From positions 62,001 through 126,000 of IMG/VR virus record IMGVR_UViG_3300027747_002221: a DNA stretch of 64,000 bases; one strand, given 5' to 3'. This document shows, piece by piece, positions 35,891 through 45,537 of the stretch; within the stretch, counting starts at the first letter, position 1; every line of letters begins with the position of its first letter. Under the pieces are notes generated by a model. That model did not search any database, was not told the origin of the DNA, and worked only from the letters and a program-made list of their open reading frames with translations. The position numbers and the translations under genes were made by a program.

Positions 35891-38572
35891 TTAAGCGCCA
35901 ACTTCTTCGAAAGAAATACCGCTTCTTGTTGCTATGAAATTTAACTGAATAAAATTAATAGCTCTCGATGGTTTAATGTAAATATCTGCAGTAAATTCAT
36001 TTCTGTCTATGACTGCGGGAGTATTATTAGTTTCATCGCAAACTACTTTAAATTCTGTTATGCCTCTGCGACCTTGTACATCTCTTAAGAATGGTTCTAC
36101 AATATTCTTAAATTGATTTCTTGTAAATGGATCGTTGAATTCGAATAACTGGAATTTTGCTGCAGTTGCAATAGACTTTTCAAGAACAATAAACAATCTG
36201 CGAACATTAATCCTATCGAATGCACTTGGTCTTGCTAGAAGAGTCTTATCTCCAAACAATAATGTGCCTTGACCAGGGAATGTTACTACAGGATTAACAC
36301 CGCTCTTGTATAGTGTGTCTCTATCTGTTTTAGTAGGAGAATAGGCTAATTTAACTAAATTCTTAATTACGCCTCTGTTATAACCTGCAGGCGAGAACCA
36401 AGGATCGGATACTAGATCTGTTCTTACTGCAAGACCAGCAATGTCTCCATTTAGAGGAATATATCTGTACTTGTCGTTATACCGGTCATACTGATATTTC
36501 CAACCAGTATCTAGAACTGCATAAGATGAGGATGTTAATTGATTTCTATAAGTGACGATCTTGTCTGCTTGTCCTGTGGTATTAACAATATCCACATAAG
36601 GTGGGGAAGCAAATACTACAGCGTCTCTTCTTGATTCAGCAATAGCAATCGCAGCATTAACAGCAGATACTGCAGTTGTTGGTCCCATTGGAATTAGACC
36701 AATATCATACAATTCGTCATTTGAGAATAATGCATATCCTGTTGAAACATTTCCTGTCGAAACGCTATCCCCTGAAACGCCGCCGGTTAATGTGGTTGTT
36801 ACATTTGCCGCTAAACTTTCAAATGCTGTTGATTTTGCTTCAGCTCCCCAGCTTGTAACTTCCAGTGGATGATCTAAAGACCAAATATATTTAGATTGAT
36901 TATTAATTACATTCTTATAATAGTTGGTTGAGCCATCACTATTCTTAGCATCAGATGCTTTAGATACATATGCATATTTTTCTAATATTGTACCTGCAGT
37001 TCCTGACCAAGATCCATCCACATCTATAACTAAAATATGCACTTCATCATTGGAGCCAGATTTTTCGCTAACATATGCAGATGTACCAGGAGTACCGTTA
37101 AATTGTGATTTATATAACCATGTACTATAAGTTGCAGAATCCGCCATGGAAACTTTAATAGTGTTTCCTAGCGCACCAGGATATCTTGCAGCAAATTCTC
37201 CAAATGTTAACCCACCTGAAGAATAATTTAAAATAAAATTATCACCATTTGTTATAACAAGAGGAGATAAAGATATATTTGTTGTAGTTTGGAATTGTAT
37301 TACATTACTAAGTCTGATAGAAACAGTATTTGCATTGGAAGTATATCCTAACCCGGGATTTGTTATAGTAACAGATTGTAACGGATATTTAACTATTGCG
37401 TTTGCTGCGACATTTGAAGTAATATAATTTAAATCATCTGCCGCGGGATTAATTTGTACGGAAGGTGTACCTACATAACCATATCCATTTGCAGTTAGAG
37501 TTAATGTACTAACAAATGCACTAATACGAGCTTGAACCGCAGCATTTGTGCCGCCCAATAGATTATTTCTATTAATTATTACGGAAGGTATTGTGGCATA
37601 TCCAGCAACACCGGGATTGTCTATAGTAATACTATCTACGTAGCCATATGCAACGTTTGCAACCACGGTTGCATTAGTCCCAACGTTTGCGCTGTTTCTA
37701 TTAATTGTTACGTTCGGTGCACCTATATAACCATTGCCCTGAGTTACTATTGTTACACCGGTAATGTTGCCATTGGTAATAACCAAATTTGCTGTGGCAT
37801 GTACGCCGGTAGCGACAATATTACCAGAGAATACAATATTTGCATTAGCATCATAATTAGATCCAATAACAGAAATATTGGCGTCTCTCATTTTAAATCT
37901 TACTACTAGATTTGCTCGTGCAGATGTTGAAAATTGATTTTCTATTATAATATTTGATGAAGTAGTATAATTATTACCTCCATTTAATACAAATATATTA
38001 GATAGTTGCCCGCTTGATAGTGTCGCAGTTGCGGTTGCAGTACTTGTAGGAGAACCTCCTATTATGGTAACAGTAGGTGCAGTATTATATCCAAAACCAG
38101 TACTGGATACTGTCAAACTTGTTACCTTACCATTACTAGTATTTAAAACTGGAGTGCCTGCCGCTTCAATAACAACAAATTGGCCCGAATCAATGTCGAC
38201 AGTTAAATTTGCGGTAGAGGTAAAATATATTTGGTCGGTTGTATTATTTGCAGGAATGTTAACACCGGTTACTATACCGGTGGGTCTAGTAACCGCGTTT
38301 CTCGCAACACCCTTATCCACTACACGAACTACTTTTAAATTATTACCATACGATAAGAAATTTGCAGCAGTAAAGAAGTATCCTGCAGTAGTATCGTTTG
38401 GTTTACCAAACGCATTAACTAAATTGGTTTCTGAATCTACAGTTGTTACTTCTTCTACAGGACCCCATTGGAATGCGCCTGCGAACCCTCCAGATGTGGT
38501 TGCAACTGTTGGGACAACTGTTGTTCGGTCCTGTTCCGTTACTACAACGCCAGGTGAAAGCTGAAATGCCAT
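35891..38572 (-). CDS. 18: Tail sheath protein gp18 with a large repeat insertion
   Basis: FQLSPGV, F.WGP, FGKP, PWFSPAG..RG, GDKT, FDRINVRRLF, FEFND. Confidence 0.96.
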   Translation of the reverse strand: MAFQLSPGVVVTEQDRTTVVPTVATTSGGFAGAFQWGPVEEVTTVDSETNLVNAFGKPNDTTAGYFFTAANFLSYGNNLKVVRVVDKGVARNAVTRPTGIVTGVNIPANNTTDQIYFTSTANLTVDIDSGQFVVIEAAGTPVLNTSNGKVTSLTVSSTGFGYNTAPTVTIIGGSPTSTATATATLSSGQLSNIFVLNGGNNYTTSSNIIIENQFSTSARANLVVRFKMRDANISVIGSNYDANANIVFSGNIVATGVHATANLVITNGNITGVTIVTQGNGYIGAPNVTINRNSANVGTNATVVANVAYGYVDSITIDNPGVAGYATIPSVIINRNNLLGGTNAAVQARISAFVSTLTLTANGYGYVGTPSVQINPAADDLNYITSNVAANAIVKYPLQSVTITNPGLGYTSNANTVSIRLSNVIQFQTTTNISLSPLVITNGDNFILNYSSGGLTFGEFAARYPGALGNTIKVSMADSATYSTWLYKSQFNGTPGTSAYVSEKSGSNDEVHILVIDVDGSWSGTAGTILEKYAYVSKASDAKNSDGSTNYYKNVINNQSKYIWSLDHPLEVTSWGAEAKSTAFESLAANVTTTLTGGVSGDSVSTGNVSTGYALFSNDELYDIGLIPMGPTTAVSAVNAAIAIAESRRDAVVFASPPYVDIVNTTGQADKIVTYRNQLTSSSYAVLDTGWKYQYDRYNDKYRYIPLNGDIAGLAVRTDLVSDPWFSPAGYNRGVIKNLVKLAYSPTKTDRDTLYKSGVNPVVTFPGQGTLLFGDKTLLARPSAFDRINVRRLFIVLEKSIATAAKFQLFEFNDPFTRNQFKNIVEPFLRDVQGRRGITEFKVVCDETNNTPAVIDRNEFTADIYIKPSRAINFIQLNFIATRSGISFEEVGA

Positions 38573-38624
38573 CGTCTTCTCCTTGATAATTTTATAGATA
38601 TTTGTCTATATTATGATTTCTATT

Positions 38625-38632
38625 TATTTATA
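38625..38632 (-). promoter_or_regulatory. T4 late promoter TATAAATA (gp18)
   Basis: Exact motif upstream of gp18. Confidence 0.85.
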
Positions 38633-38643
38633 AGTACTGTCTT

Positions 38644-40317
38644 TTAGACATTTTCAAGGAATCTTCTTTGAGCTTCTTCAATTTCTTGTGGAGATTTTGA
38701 TGCTGCATTAAACCAAATTGCGTCTGTCATGATTTGAGGTTTTTCTTCGTCAGGTATACCATTTTCTATAATACCAAATGGAGTCAGATTTTCTTCAATT
38801 TGTTTGAATTGTTCCTCATATAAGGCTTTTCTGAGATTGGTGTCGGTTAAGTCTTTAAAGAATAGTTCATTTGTTGCCCATGCAAATAGTACCAGACACA
38901 TTACCAAATCGTCCTGATATCCTTCATCCGCTTTATGGGTTCCCCTAACTTCTATGAATGTAGATATTTCATTAATTATATCGGGGTCGTGAATTAGCAG
39001 TTTGGTACTTTCCACCAAACTCTTAAAAGAAGTACATCCTAGGCGTTTTACCTGTTTGGTAGTCCTAACACCTAGAGTTGCACCCGAAGAGAACCCCCCA
39101 GAAAGATATTGTCCGCTCTTACTATTACTTCCTACAAAGAATACGTTTTCGTATTCCAAATCCATATATAGCGAATCCGCAACCTGCTGCCCGTTATCGT
39201 TGATTTCTATTAAACAATAAGCCTTGTTATAATCTTTCGCCACTTTATATATTATATTTGGAAAAAGAAGGGGGCTGATTTTGTTGTTTCTGTACTTTGC
39301 GACAACGGAATATGGATACGCAGTAATATCAAGAACAGTAAACGCTGAGTAATCTCCACCGACGCCCCTAGAAGTATCTGCAACTAACATGTATATGTGG
39401 TCTTCTTCAGGCTCTACAAAAATATCTAATCCATCTTTAGTATATACATAAGGCTTAACGGACATTTTTCCAATAGTATCTGGGTTGATTAGTGTGTTAG
39501 AAGATCCTAAGAAATTACATAATACCTCTTGATTGAACTTAAGTTCGCCCAGCATTGCCTTTTGTTCTGCAGCCCACTTTTCATCCCTACCAGGAATTCT
39601 ATTATATGGAATAAACATTGGAACAAAACCATTCAATCCCTGTTCCGCTTCATTCCAAAATTTCCAGAAGTGGTTATAACCTAGCGGGGTGGATGTGAGA
39701 AGAATCTTTGTTGTAGTACCCGCAGAAATTGTCGGATAAACAGATGTAAAGAATTCCTCCGCGACATTATTTGGAATAATTGCTGCCTCATCAATATATA
39801 ACCAATTTACAGATTTACCTCGAATACCCGATGTACTCGTTGCTGCTGTAAATACTTTGGATCCGTTTTCAAGTTCAATATCACCCTTGTTAAATGTCTT
39901 AACACCCTGTTGCATCCATATTGGAAGCATCTCATACATCAATTCATATCGAGATAGAACCTCCCGGGCGGCCGATGATTTATTGGCAAGAATAGCAACT
40001 GTCTTATTTTCTTGAAATAATGTATACCATAGGATACATGCTGCAGCTGTAATAGTTTTGCCCTGTTGGCGACCTTCCATTAGAATCACCTTACGATTAT
40101 TTAGAATCGTATGTACTTTTTCTTTTTGGCAATCGTATAATTTGAATGGAATTAGTCCTCTATCCAATGAAACTATCTGACAATAATTTTCAATAAAGTA
40201 AATTGGATCCTGGGAACACTTAATAATTTCCGTAACTTGTTCTTTGGTATACGATATTGTAGTACCAATTTGTTTTAAATTGGGATTACCGTTATACGAT
40301 ATAGGTTTATTGCTCAA
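38644..40317 (-). CDS. 17: Terminase large subunit gp17
   Basis: YNGNPNLK, RQQGKT, YIDEAA, STPLG.NHF, D.SRG.G.DYSAF, DDLVM; no intein evident. Confidence 0.97.
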   Translation of the reverse strand: MSNKPISYNGNPNLKQIGTTISYTKEQVTEIIKCSQDPIYFIENYCQIVSLDRGLIPFKLYDCQKEKVHTILNNRKVILMEGRQQGKTITAAACILWYTLFQENKTVAILANKSSAAREVLSRYELMYEMLPIWMQQGVKTFNKGDIELENGSKVFTAATSTSGIRGKSVNWLYIDEAAIIPNNVAEEFFTSVYPTISAGTTTKILLTSTPLGYNHFWKFWNEAEQGLNGFVPMFIPYNRIPGRDEKWAAEQKAMLGELKFNQEVLCNFLGSSNTLINPDTIGKMSVKPYVYTKDGLDIFVEPEEDHIYMLVADTSRGVGGDYSAFTVLDITAYPYSVVAKYRNNKISPLLFPNIIYKVAKDYNKAYCLIEINDNGQQVADSLYMDLEYENVFFVGSNSKSGQYLSGGFSSGATLGVRTTKQVKRLGCTSFKSLVESTKLLIHDPDIINEISTFIEVRGTHKADEGYQDDLVMCLVLFAWATNELFFKDLTDTNLRKALYEEQFKQIEENLTPFGIIENGIPDEEKPQIMTDAIWFNAASKSPQEIEEAQRRFLENV

Positions 40318-40738
40318 TTATATTACCATTATCTTTATGTTGTTTCAATGCTTTAAATAGTTCTGCAGTTGATCCCGCAAACACCACATTATTCTGAGTA
40401 CCAATTTTTTGTTGCATATCGTCTGCTTTTAATTCTTTAACTTGTTTCTGTAAATTTAAAAGATCTTTCGATACATCGGACATAGTCTTCATAAATTGCC
40501 CTGCAACCTCATATGTCCTAGGATGCTCAGAATTTTTAGATAATTCAATAAGATCATCCAATGTGGTTTCACCCTTCATTAGAAGTTTTCTCATAGTCTG
40601 TCTTGCCAATTGATAATCATCTTCTTGATCTATTTCCTTGTTGGAATTCATTGCTTCCGGAATAGTAGTTAGTTCCATAGATTTGTCTGTCATGGGATCT
40701 AAATTAAATAGATTATTTAGTTGTTCAATATTTTTCAT
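40307..40738 (-). CDS. 16: Terminase small subunit gp16
   Basis: DY..AR, HPR.YEV, F.GST.EL. Confidence 0.93.
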   Translation of the reverse strand: MKNIEQLNNLFNLDPMTDKSMELTTIPEAMNSNKEIDQEDDYQLARQTMRKLLMKGETTLDDLIELSKNSEHPRTYEVAGQFMKTMSDVSKDLLNLQKQVKELKADDMQQKIGTQNNVVFAGSTAELFKALKQHKDNGNIIEQ

Positions 40739-41494
40739 TTAAAAATCTTCAAAGGTATTAAGATATGTTACATTGCCAGCAGGAATAGTATTTGCCAAAT
40801 CGCCGGTTCCTTTTACAATTATTCTAGACTGCTGAGAACTTAGTGCAGCATCTCTGAACGTATTAGTTGTAACCTTATTAATAATGCCCTGTTTATTAAC
40901 GGGTCCATAAAAGTTTAATTTCATAATAAAACTCAATGTCCACATAATTGCTCGGCGAGTTGTCATATCGCCCTCATAATCATCGGCAAATCCTATAGAA
41001 TTTAATATTATGGGAAGATCATTATTAATATTTAATTGAGGAATAGCATGGATTGTTAAGTTATAATCTGGATTAAAGTAGGGCAATATTTGTTCTATAA
41101 TTTGTAAACCGTCATCCTGATTTTTAGCATAAATATAAAGTAATACATTTATGTTATATGGAGTGGGCGCATACTGAGCAGAAGCGGATGTAGAACTATT
41201 AATGGTTCTACTTTGTTGCATTGGACTAATTTTTCTGTTAGGATCATAATCAAGCGAAACCATTTCAAATCCCATTCTAGGAAGAATGACTTGGAAATTA
41301 GTATTATCCACATTGGGCTGTTGTTTAATTTTAGCCAAGAATTTTTGTTGCGGAGAATACGCGAGAGGCACTCGTTGTAGTTGTACTACATTTCCGTCAG
41401 CATCTTTGCGTTCAATGGTAATGTTATTAAACATATTACCAAAAGCAACAATTGACTTGCGTATGGTACCCCAGTAAAATCTTTGATCTAACAT
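40739..41494 (-). CDS. 15: Tail sheath stabiliser gp15
   Basis: FY...IRK....FG..FN.I, VPLAY.P..KF, LPRM.FE, QI.EQILPYF.P. Confidence 0.94.
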   Translation of the reverse strand: MLDQRFYWGTIRKSIVAFGNMFNNITIERKDADGNVVQLQRVPLAYSPQQKFLAKIKQQPNVDNTNFQVILPRMGFEMVSLDYDPNRKISPMQQSRTINSSTSASAQYAPTPYNINVLLYIYAKNQDDGLQIIEQILPYFNPDYNLTIHAIPQLNINNDLPIILNSIGFADDYEGDMTTRRAIMWTLSFIMKLNFYGPVNKQGIINKVTTNTFRDAALSSQQSRIIVKGTGDLANTIPAGNVTYLNTFEDF

Positions 41495-42249
41495 TATTGG
41501 AATACCTCACCAAACGGATTTCTTTCAGAAAAATCTAGCACATCTTTTCCTTCATCAGTAAATGCTTCGTTCTGAGCGCCAATTTGAACATGGCCATCTG
41601 CAGATAAACTATAATTTTCTAGTATAATCGGAGTCAACGCATTTACTTCAAATAATAAAGCATCCCCGGTTTCTAACAATAATTGATGATCTTCAACATC
41701 CAGAGTAGCCTCCGCTGTTAAACTATCAATTTCATAAACACCCGTATTGAATCTTTCATTGGAAAATTGATATAATTCACACATCATTTTAAAGACGTAT
41801 AATTTGCCAACCTGATAAAAAGGTTCTTTGCCCTCAACCTTGCGTATTTCAAAAAACGATTTAGATTTCGGAAAAAATATTATATCGCCTTCTGCTGGAC
41901 GGGGAAGAATAGTTACATTCTGAGAACCAATTACATCTGTCCATCTCTTTCTTGAAACTATAAAAGTACCAGTGTCTCGAATTTCTAAACCAAACTTAGA
42001 CATCAATTCGCCGTCGCCCTCAAACCCCATAGTATTTTCCAAATACATTTCAATAGGATAGGCATAATCAAACGTGTTCAAATAATCTTCTGATAAAATA
42101 GAATCCAAACTGTTAGACTTACGCGGCAAGTAATAGACTTCAAAACCATAAATCTTCATGGATTCGATCATTAAGTCTTCGTACAAACTTTGTTCAGAAG
42201 ACCTACCTATCGTACCACCAGATTGAAAATAAGGGTTAACGGTTGCCAT
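41494..42249 (-). CDS. 14: Neck protein gp14
   Basis: EQ.L.EDL..ES...YG..VYY.PR, KFGLE, RP.EGD.I, PFYQ.GK, DFSE.NPFG. Confidence 0.94.
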   Translation of the reverse strand: MATVNPYFQSGGTIGRSSEQSLYEDLMIESMKIYGFEVYYLPRKSNSLDSILSEDYLNTFDYAYPIEMYLENTMGFEGDGELMSKFGLEIRDTGTFIVSRKRWTDVIGSQNVTILPRPAEGDIIFFPKSKSFFEIRKVEGKEPFYQVGKLYVFKMMCELYQFSNERFNTGVYEIDSLTAEATLDVEDHQLLLETGDALLFEVNALTPIILENYSLSADGHVQIGAQNEAFTDEGKDVLDFSERNPFGEVFQ

Positions 42250-42256
42250 AATTGTA

Positions 42257-42285
42257 TTGACTTTCTATTGACAAGGTGTTATCAT
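42257..42285 (+). promoter_or_regulatory. Sigma70-type promoter TTGACT-17-TATCAT, antisense to gp13
   Basis: TTGACT ttctattgacaaggtgt TATCAT; shares AAGGTGTTA with the promoters at 9024 and 11274. Confidence 0.6.
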
Positions 42286-42319
42286 TTGCTATGTACCCTG
42301 TTAATAAAATACTTAAAGT

Positions 42320-43063
42320 TTATCCTGTAAAGAAATCTACAGGTAATTCGAATCTAGATTGCATTTCAGATTCAATCTGTGTTATTTCAGTTAATGCATC
42401 TTGATAAATCTGATCCGCATTGATTGATACTCCGCCGGGGAGTTGTACTCCGTTAAACTTCTTCAAGTTCTCACCCCATTGACGTTTAATCAATGCAGTA
42501 CAATATCTCTTAAGGAACATATCGTTATATACGTCTCTATATGTCTCTGGATCCAATATACGATAACATTCTACAATAATAAAATCCCCTACGGTAGCAT
42601 CTGCTCCCCAATCCATATCTATATATAGACGATTCATATGTCTATTAAATCTTATAGGTTTGATACCCACTAAAATTTGATTAATTAATTCTAATTCTGA
42701 TTTAACCTGATAATAGTAAATAATGTTAGTAGACATTAAACTATAAAGATCATTTACTAATATTTGATATCGAATACTAAATATATTAGTACCATCTGAC
42801 TTATTACTAAAGGGTAGTACTCTATTTACACCGACTACTGTATCCGGAACAGATATGTACTGGTTATTAATATCGTCGGTTGTAAACTGATGTTTTAGAT
42901 AAACCATTTCTACAGCATCATAATGATATTCTCTATAAAATTGAAACGCATCATCTATGCGATCTTCAATTTGATTTTCTTCAACATTTATTTCAATAAC
43001 GGGTGCACCTAATCGTCGAAGACAATAATCTTTTAGTTGTTCTCTAGTTGTTACGGTTGCCAT
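42320..43063 (-). CDS. 13: Neck protein gp13
   Basis: LKDYCLRRLGAPVI.INV...Q..D.ID.A, K.Y.TAL.K.QWG.NL.KF.G.QLPGG. Confidence 0.95.
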   Translation of the reverse strand: MATVTTREQLKDYCLRRLGAPVIEINVEENQIEDRIDDAFQFYREYHYDAVEMVYLKHQFTTDDINNQYISVPDTVVGVNRVLPFSNKSDGTNIFSIRYQILVNDLYSLMSTNIIYYYQVKSELELINQILVGIKPIRFNRHMNRLYIDMDWGADATVGDFIIVECYRILDPETYRDVYNDMFLKRYCTALIKRQWGENLKKFNGVQLPGGVSINADQIYQDALTEITQIESEMQSRFELPVDFFTG

Positions 43064-43389
43064 TATCGGGTTACTCCTGGATTAACTGTTGCAATACCTT
43101 CTTGTATTCTTATCGTAGTATTTGCAGTATTTGCGGTTATATCATAAACATATCTTCCGTCAAGATTTGCAGTTTGAGATGCAGTTAAAGATATAGAAAT
43201 ATTTCCATTTGATGCGTTGACCAATACTGTTGTAAAAGAAACGGAGTTAGATGAATAGTAAGATTTTCTTAATTGAGCTTTTACATTATACCCAACTAAA
43301 GATATTGGTGTTTTTGAGATATCTAAATATTGAGCATAATCGATAAAAGATGCTCGTTGGTCTATGTTTATATTTTTATTCGTTGCCAT
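43063..43389 (-). CDS. Small Ig-like virion protein (BppU-like)
   Basis: IDQ...F, AQLRKSY.S, G.I.ISLTA..TA.L..GRYVYD, R..EG...V.PGVTR. Confidence 0.7.
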   Translation of the reverse strand: MATNKNINIDQRASFIDYAQYLDISKTPISLVGYNVKAQLRKSYYSSNSVSFTTVLVNASNGNISISLTASQTANLDGRYVYDITANTANTTIRIQEGIATVNPGVTR

Positions 43390-43400
43390 TGTAGTATTTA

Positions 43401-43889
43401 TTAGTTAAATCTTCCGTAATAAACTCGATAGGATATTGTAATTCCGTCATCCCCTATTGCAAATCCTGAGATTCCTCTGTCAAAATTATTAGTGCATATA
43501 AGTTTTAAACTACCTTGATCCTGTATACAATCTAATACTGATGTACCTAACACAGTATTTGTTGTCTGATCTTTTATAGTTCTTAACACAGTAGACCCTA
43601 GAGCAGGAAGAACTTTACCTCCAGTATCAGCAACTCCCCCAGTAATTTTTATTAATGGAAAAATAAAATTATTAGAATTATCTGTAGAGATATAAGTATT
43701 TGCTAATGTTACTAAAGTATCTACTCTTGTTAATGTTTGTTGGCCTATGGATAAAGATAATCCAGGGATAGCCACATTACCTGTAACCTCGTGTAGGATG
43801 TGAGGCATTTTACTATTTAACGAAAATTTAGTACTACCTAAATTATCTGTTATTGTAAAAGCATTATTTTTATTTAAAGATATTCCCAT
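43401..43889 (-). CDS. Hypothetical virion protein
   Basis: 162-aa beta-rich ORF in the tail-fibre region. Confidence 0.6.
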   Translation of the reverse strand: MGISLNKNNAFTITDNLGSTKFSLNSKMPHILHEVTGNVAIPGLSLSIGQQTLTRVDTLVTLANTYISTDNSNNFIFPLIKITGGVADTGGKVLPALGSTVLRTIKDQTTNTVLGTSVLDCIQDQGSLKLICTNNFDRGISGFAIGDDGITISYRVYYGRFN

Positions 43890-43890
43890 A

Positions 43891-45057
43891 TTAAATTATC
43901 CTTAAATAATGTACATTACTAGTAAAATCTATTATAGTTCCGCTATTATATGTTGTACTATTATAATTATAAGTAAAATCTTTACCCGACGTTTTAATGG
44001 TTGGACCATTTTGCCATATGAAAGTACCCGAGGCTAATATTGATTGCGCTGCAATATTATACAATCCTCCGGATAAAGGATTAAAATTACTTGCATTATC
44101 TATTGTTCTGCCTTCGTAATAACCTGTGGTTATATATTGTATAGTTGCATTATAGGTATCATAACCATATTGTGTTTTTAAATCGGAATACTTATTTAAA
44201 TACGCCACAGGATCAAAAGTAATTGTTCTTCCTTCTAACGCCCCAGATCTTGCATAGTGATCTTGTCCTTTTTTATAATCTTTACCAAATGCAACGATAA
44301 GATCTGTATAACTTGCAATGTACCGTAGTGCTTCTTCAGGAGTAATATAAAAAATTGTAATCGGCAATGTTCCTGTTACTTTAGTATTTGCCCCAGGAAT
44401 ACTTTGAACGTATGAGCTTGGATTACTAACAGCAGTACTTGATGTTATTTTTTCACTTCCATTTAAATTTCGTAAAGCCAAATTTAAATCAGTAGGAGTA
44501 TAAACATATACAGTTGGATTTTTTCCGTCTAATCCTACTAACGGGGAAATAAAAGATTCTGCAGTATATAATAAATTTTTACTAATTTCTATGGCATACC
44601 CTAAATCACCTTTTTGCACATATGAATACTTGCCCGCATTCTTTTCCCAATCATAGTGAGTATATTTTGTTAGTTGTCTAATTATTCCTGTAAAGGTTAA
44701 TCCTTGTATTTCAAAATTATAAAAACCTGCTCTAACTGGAGGTTTATCTATTAGTAATAGATTTACAAAATTATCTAAATTTAAATCTCCCAATCTAGAA
44801 TAATTTTCTATAAAGGGTCCGTTAATAGGATCGGTTGGATCTAGTAATTGTCTTGTTGCTGAATCATTATATGATCCATACAGCAATCCATCTTCTGTTT
44901 CTTGATATAGTCTTAATTCAGACGCAACCAATGTTTTAGTAAATGAAAATGTTCCTGTTTCTAATTGATTATTATCTTTAACAATATGGGATTTTAGTGT
45001 GGTAAATACGTTACTTAGTGTGACTAAGTTTGGAGATAAATTTAAAAGATAAGACAT
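43891..45057 (-). CDS. Hypothetical virion protein with two Tyr-rich repeats
   Basis: YIASYTDL...HY...G..EGR / YLNKYSDL...QY...GY.EGR. Confidence 0.6.
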   Translation of the reverse strand: MSYLLNLSPNLVTLSNVFTTLKSHIVKDNNQLETGTFSFTKTLVASELRLYQETEDGLLYGSYNDSATRQLLDPTDPINGPFIENYSRLGDLNLDNFVNLLLIDKPPVRAGFYNFEIQGLTFTGIIRQLTKYTHYDWEKNAGKYSYVQKGDLGYAIEISKNLLYTAESFISPLVGLDGKNPTVYVYTPTDLNLALRNLNGSEKITSSTAVSNPSSYVQSIPGANTKVTGTLPITIFYITPEEALRYIASYTDLIVAFGKDYKKGQDHYARSGALEGRTITFDPVAYLNKYSDLKTQYGYDTYNATIQYITTGYYEGRTIDNASNFNPLSGGLYNIAAQSILASGTFIWQNGPTIKTSGKDFTYNYNSTTYNSGTIIDFTSNVHYLRII

Positions 45058-45537
45058 TTAATTGGAATCCGCGGTATTAGTAAACGCAAAAATATTATAA
45101 CGTCTTGTCATTGAAGGTAAATTTGAAGTAATTGTATTGTAGTTTTCTTTGATATAAAATTTTTCAGAATCAATTAATAATGATATTGTTCTATAAGAAT
45201 CATAGTTTATTATTTGAATATAATTACTATTAGTTAAAACTTCTCTGGTATCTATATCTATCATTATTGCCGCGGGAGGATACCCTAAATTATGATAAGC
45301 AACCGTAGTAATCGAGTTACCTGAATTTCCAGCACTAACATTTCCATAATTATAAGTAAAATTAAATTGAGAAGATAAACTAATATAGTTAAACCTAGAA
45401 TCAAGGTAAATATTGGCTAAATTATTAAATCTATTAGTTAATGGTTTGTTATTACCTTCCTCGCTTGTAGGATTATTAAAAATAGATACTACGGCAATGT
45501 TAGCGACATTACCCGCCCAAAAAACAGTTGTGCTCAT
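45058..45537 (-). CDS. Hypothetical virion protein
   Basis: 159 aa; HNLGYPP motif typical of fibre-associated domains. Confidence 0.6.
   Translation of the reverse strand: MSTTVFWAGNVANIAVVSIFNNPTSEEGNNKPLTNRFNNLANIYLDSRFNYISLSSQFNFTYNYGNVSAGNSGNSITTVAYHNLGYPPAAIMIDIDTREVLTNSNYIQIINYDSYRTISLLIDSEKFYIKENYNTITSNLPSMTRRYNIFAFTNTADSN

Noticed and set aside
38064-38564. 166-aa + strand ORF opposite gp18 (and other + strand ORFs in the track)
   Set aside because: Antisense shadows of codon-biased real genes; no RBS or recognisable motif.
38644-40317. Possible intein, intron or homing endonuclease in terminase, portal, gp46 or uvsW
   Set aside because: All are of normal length with contiguous motifs.
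42443-42628. 61-aa + strand ORF downstream of the antisense promoter
   Set aside because: Lies wholly within conserved gp13, has no clear RBS, and its length is expected by chance.
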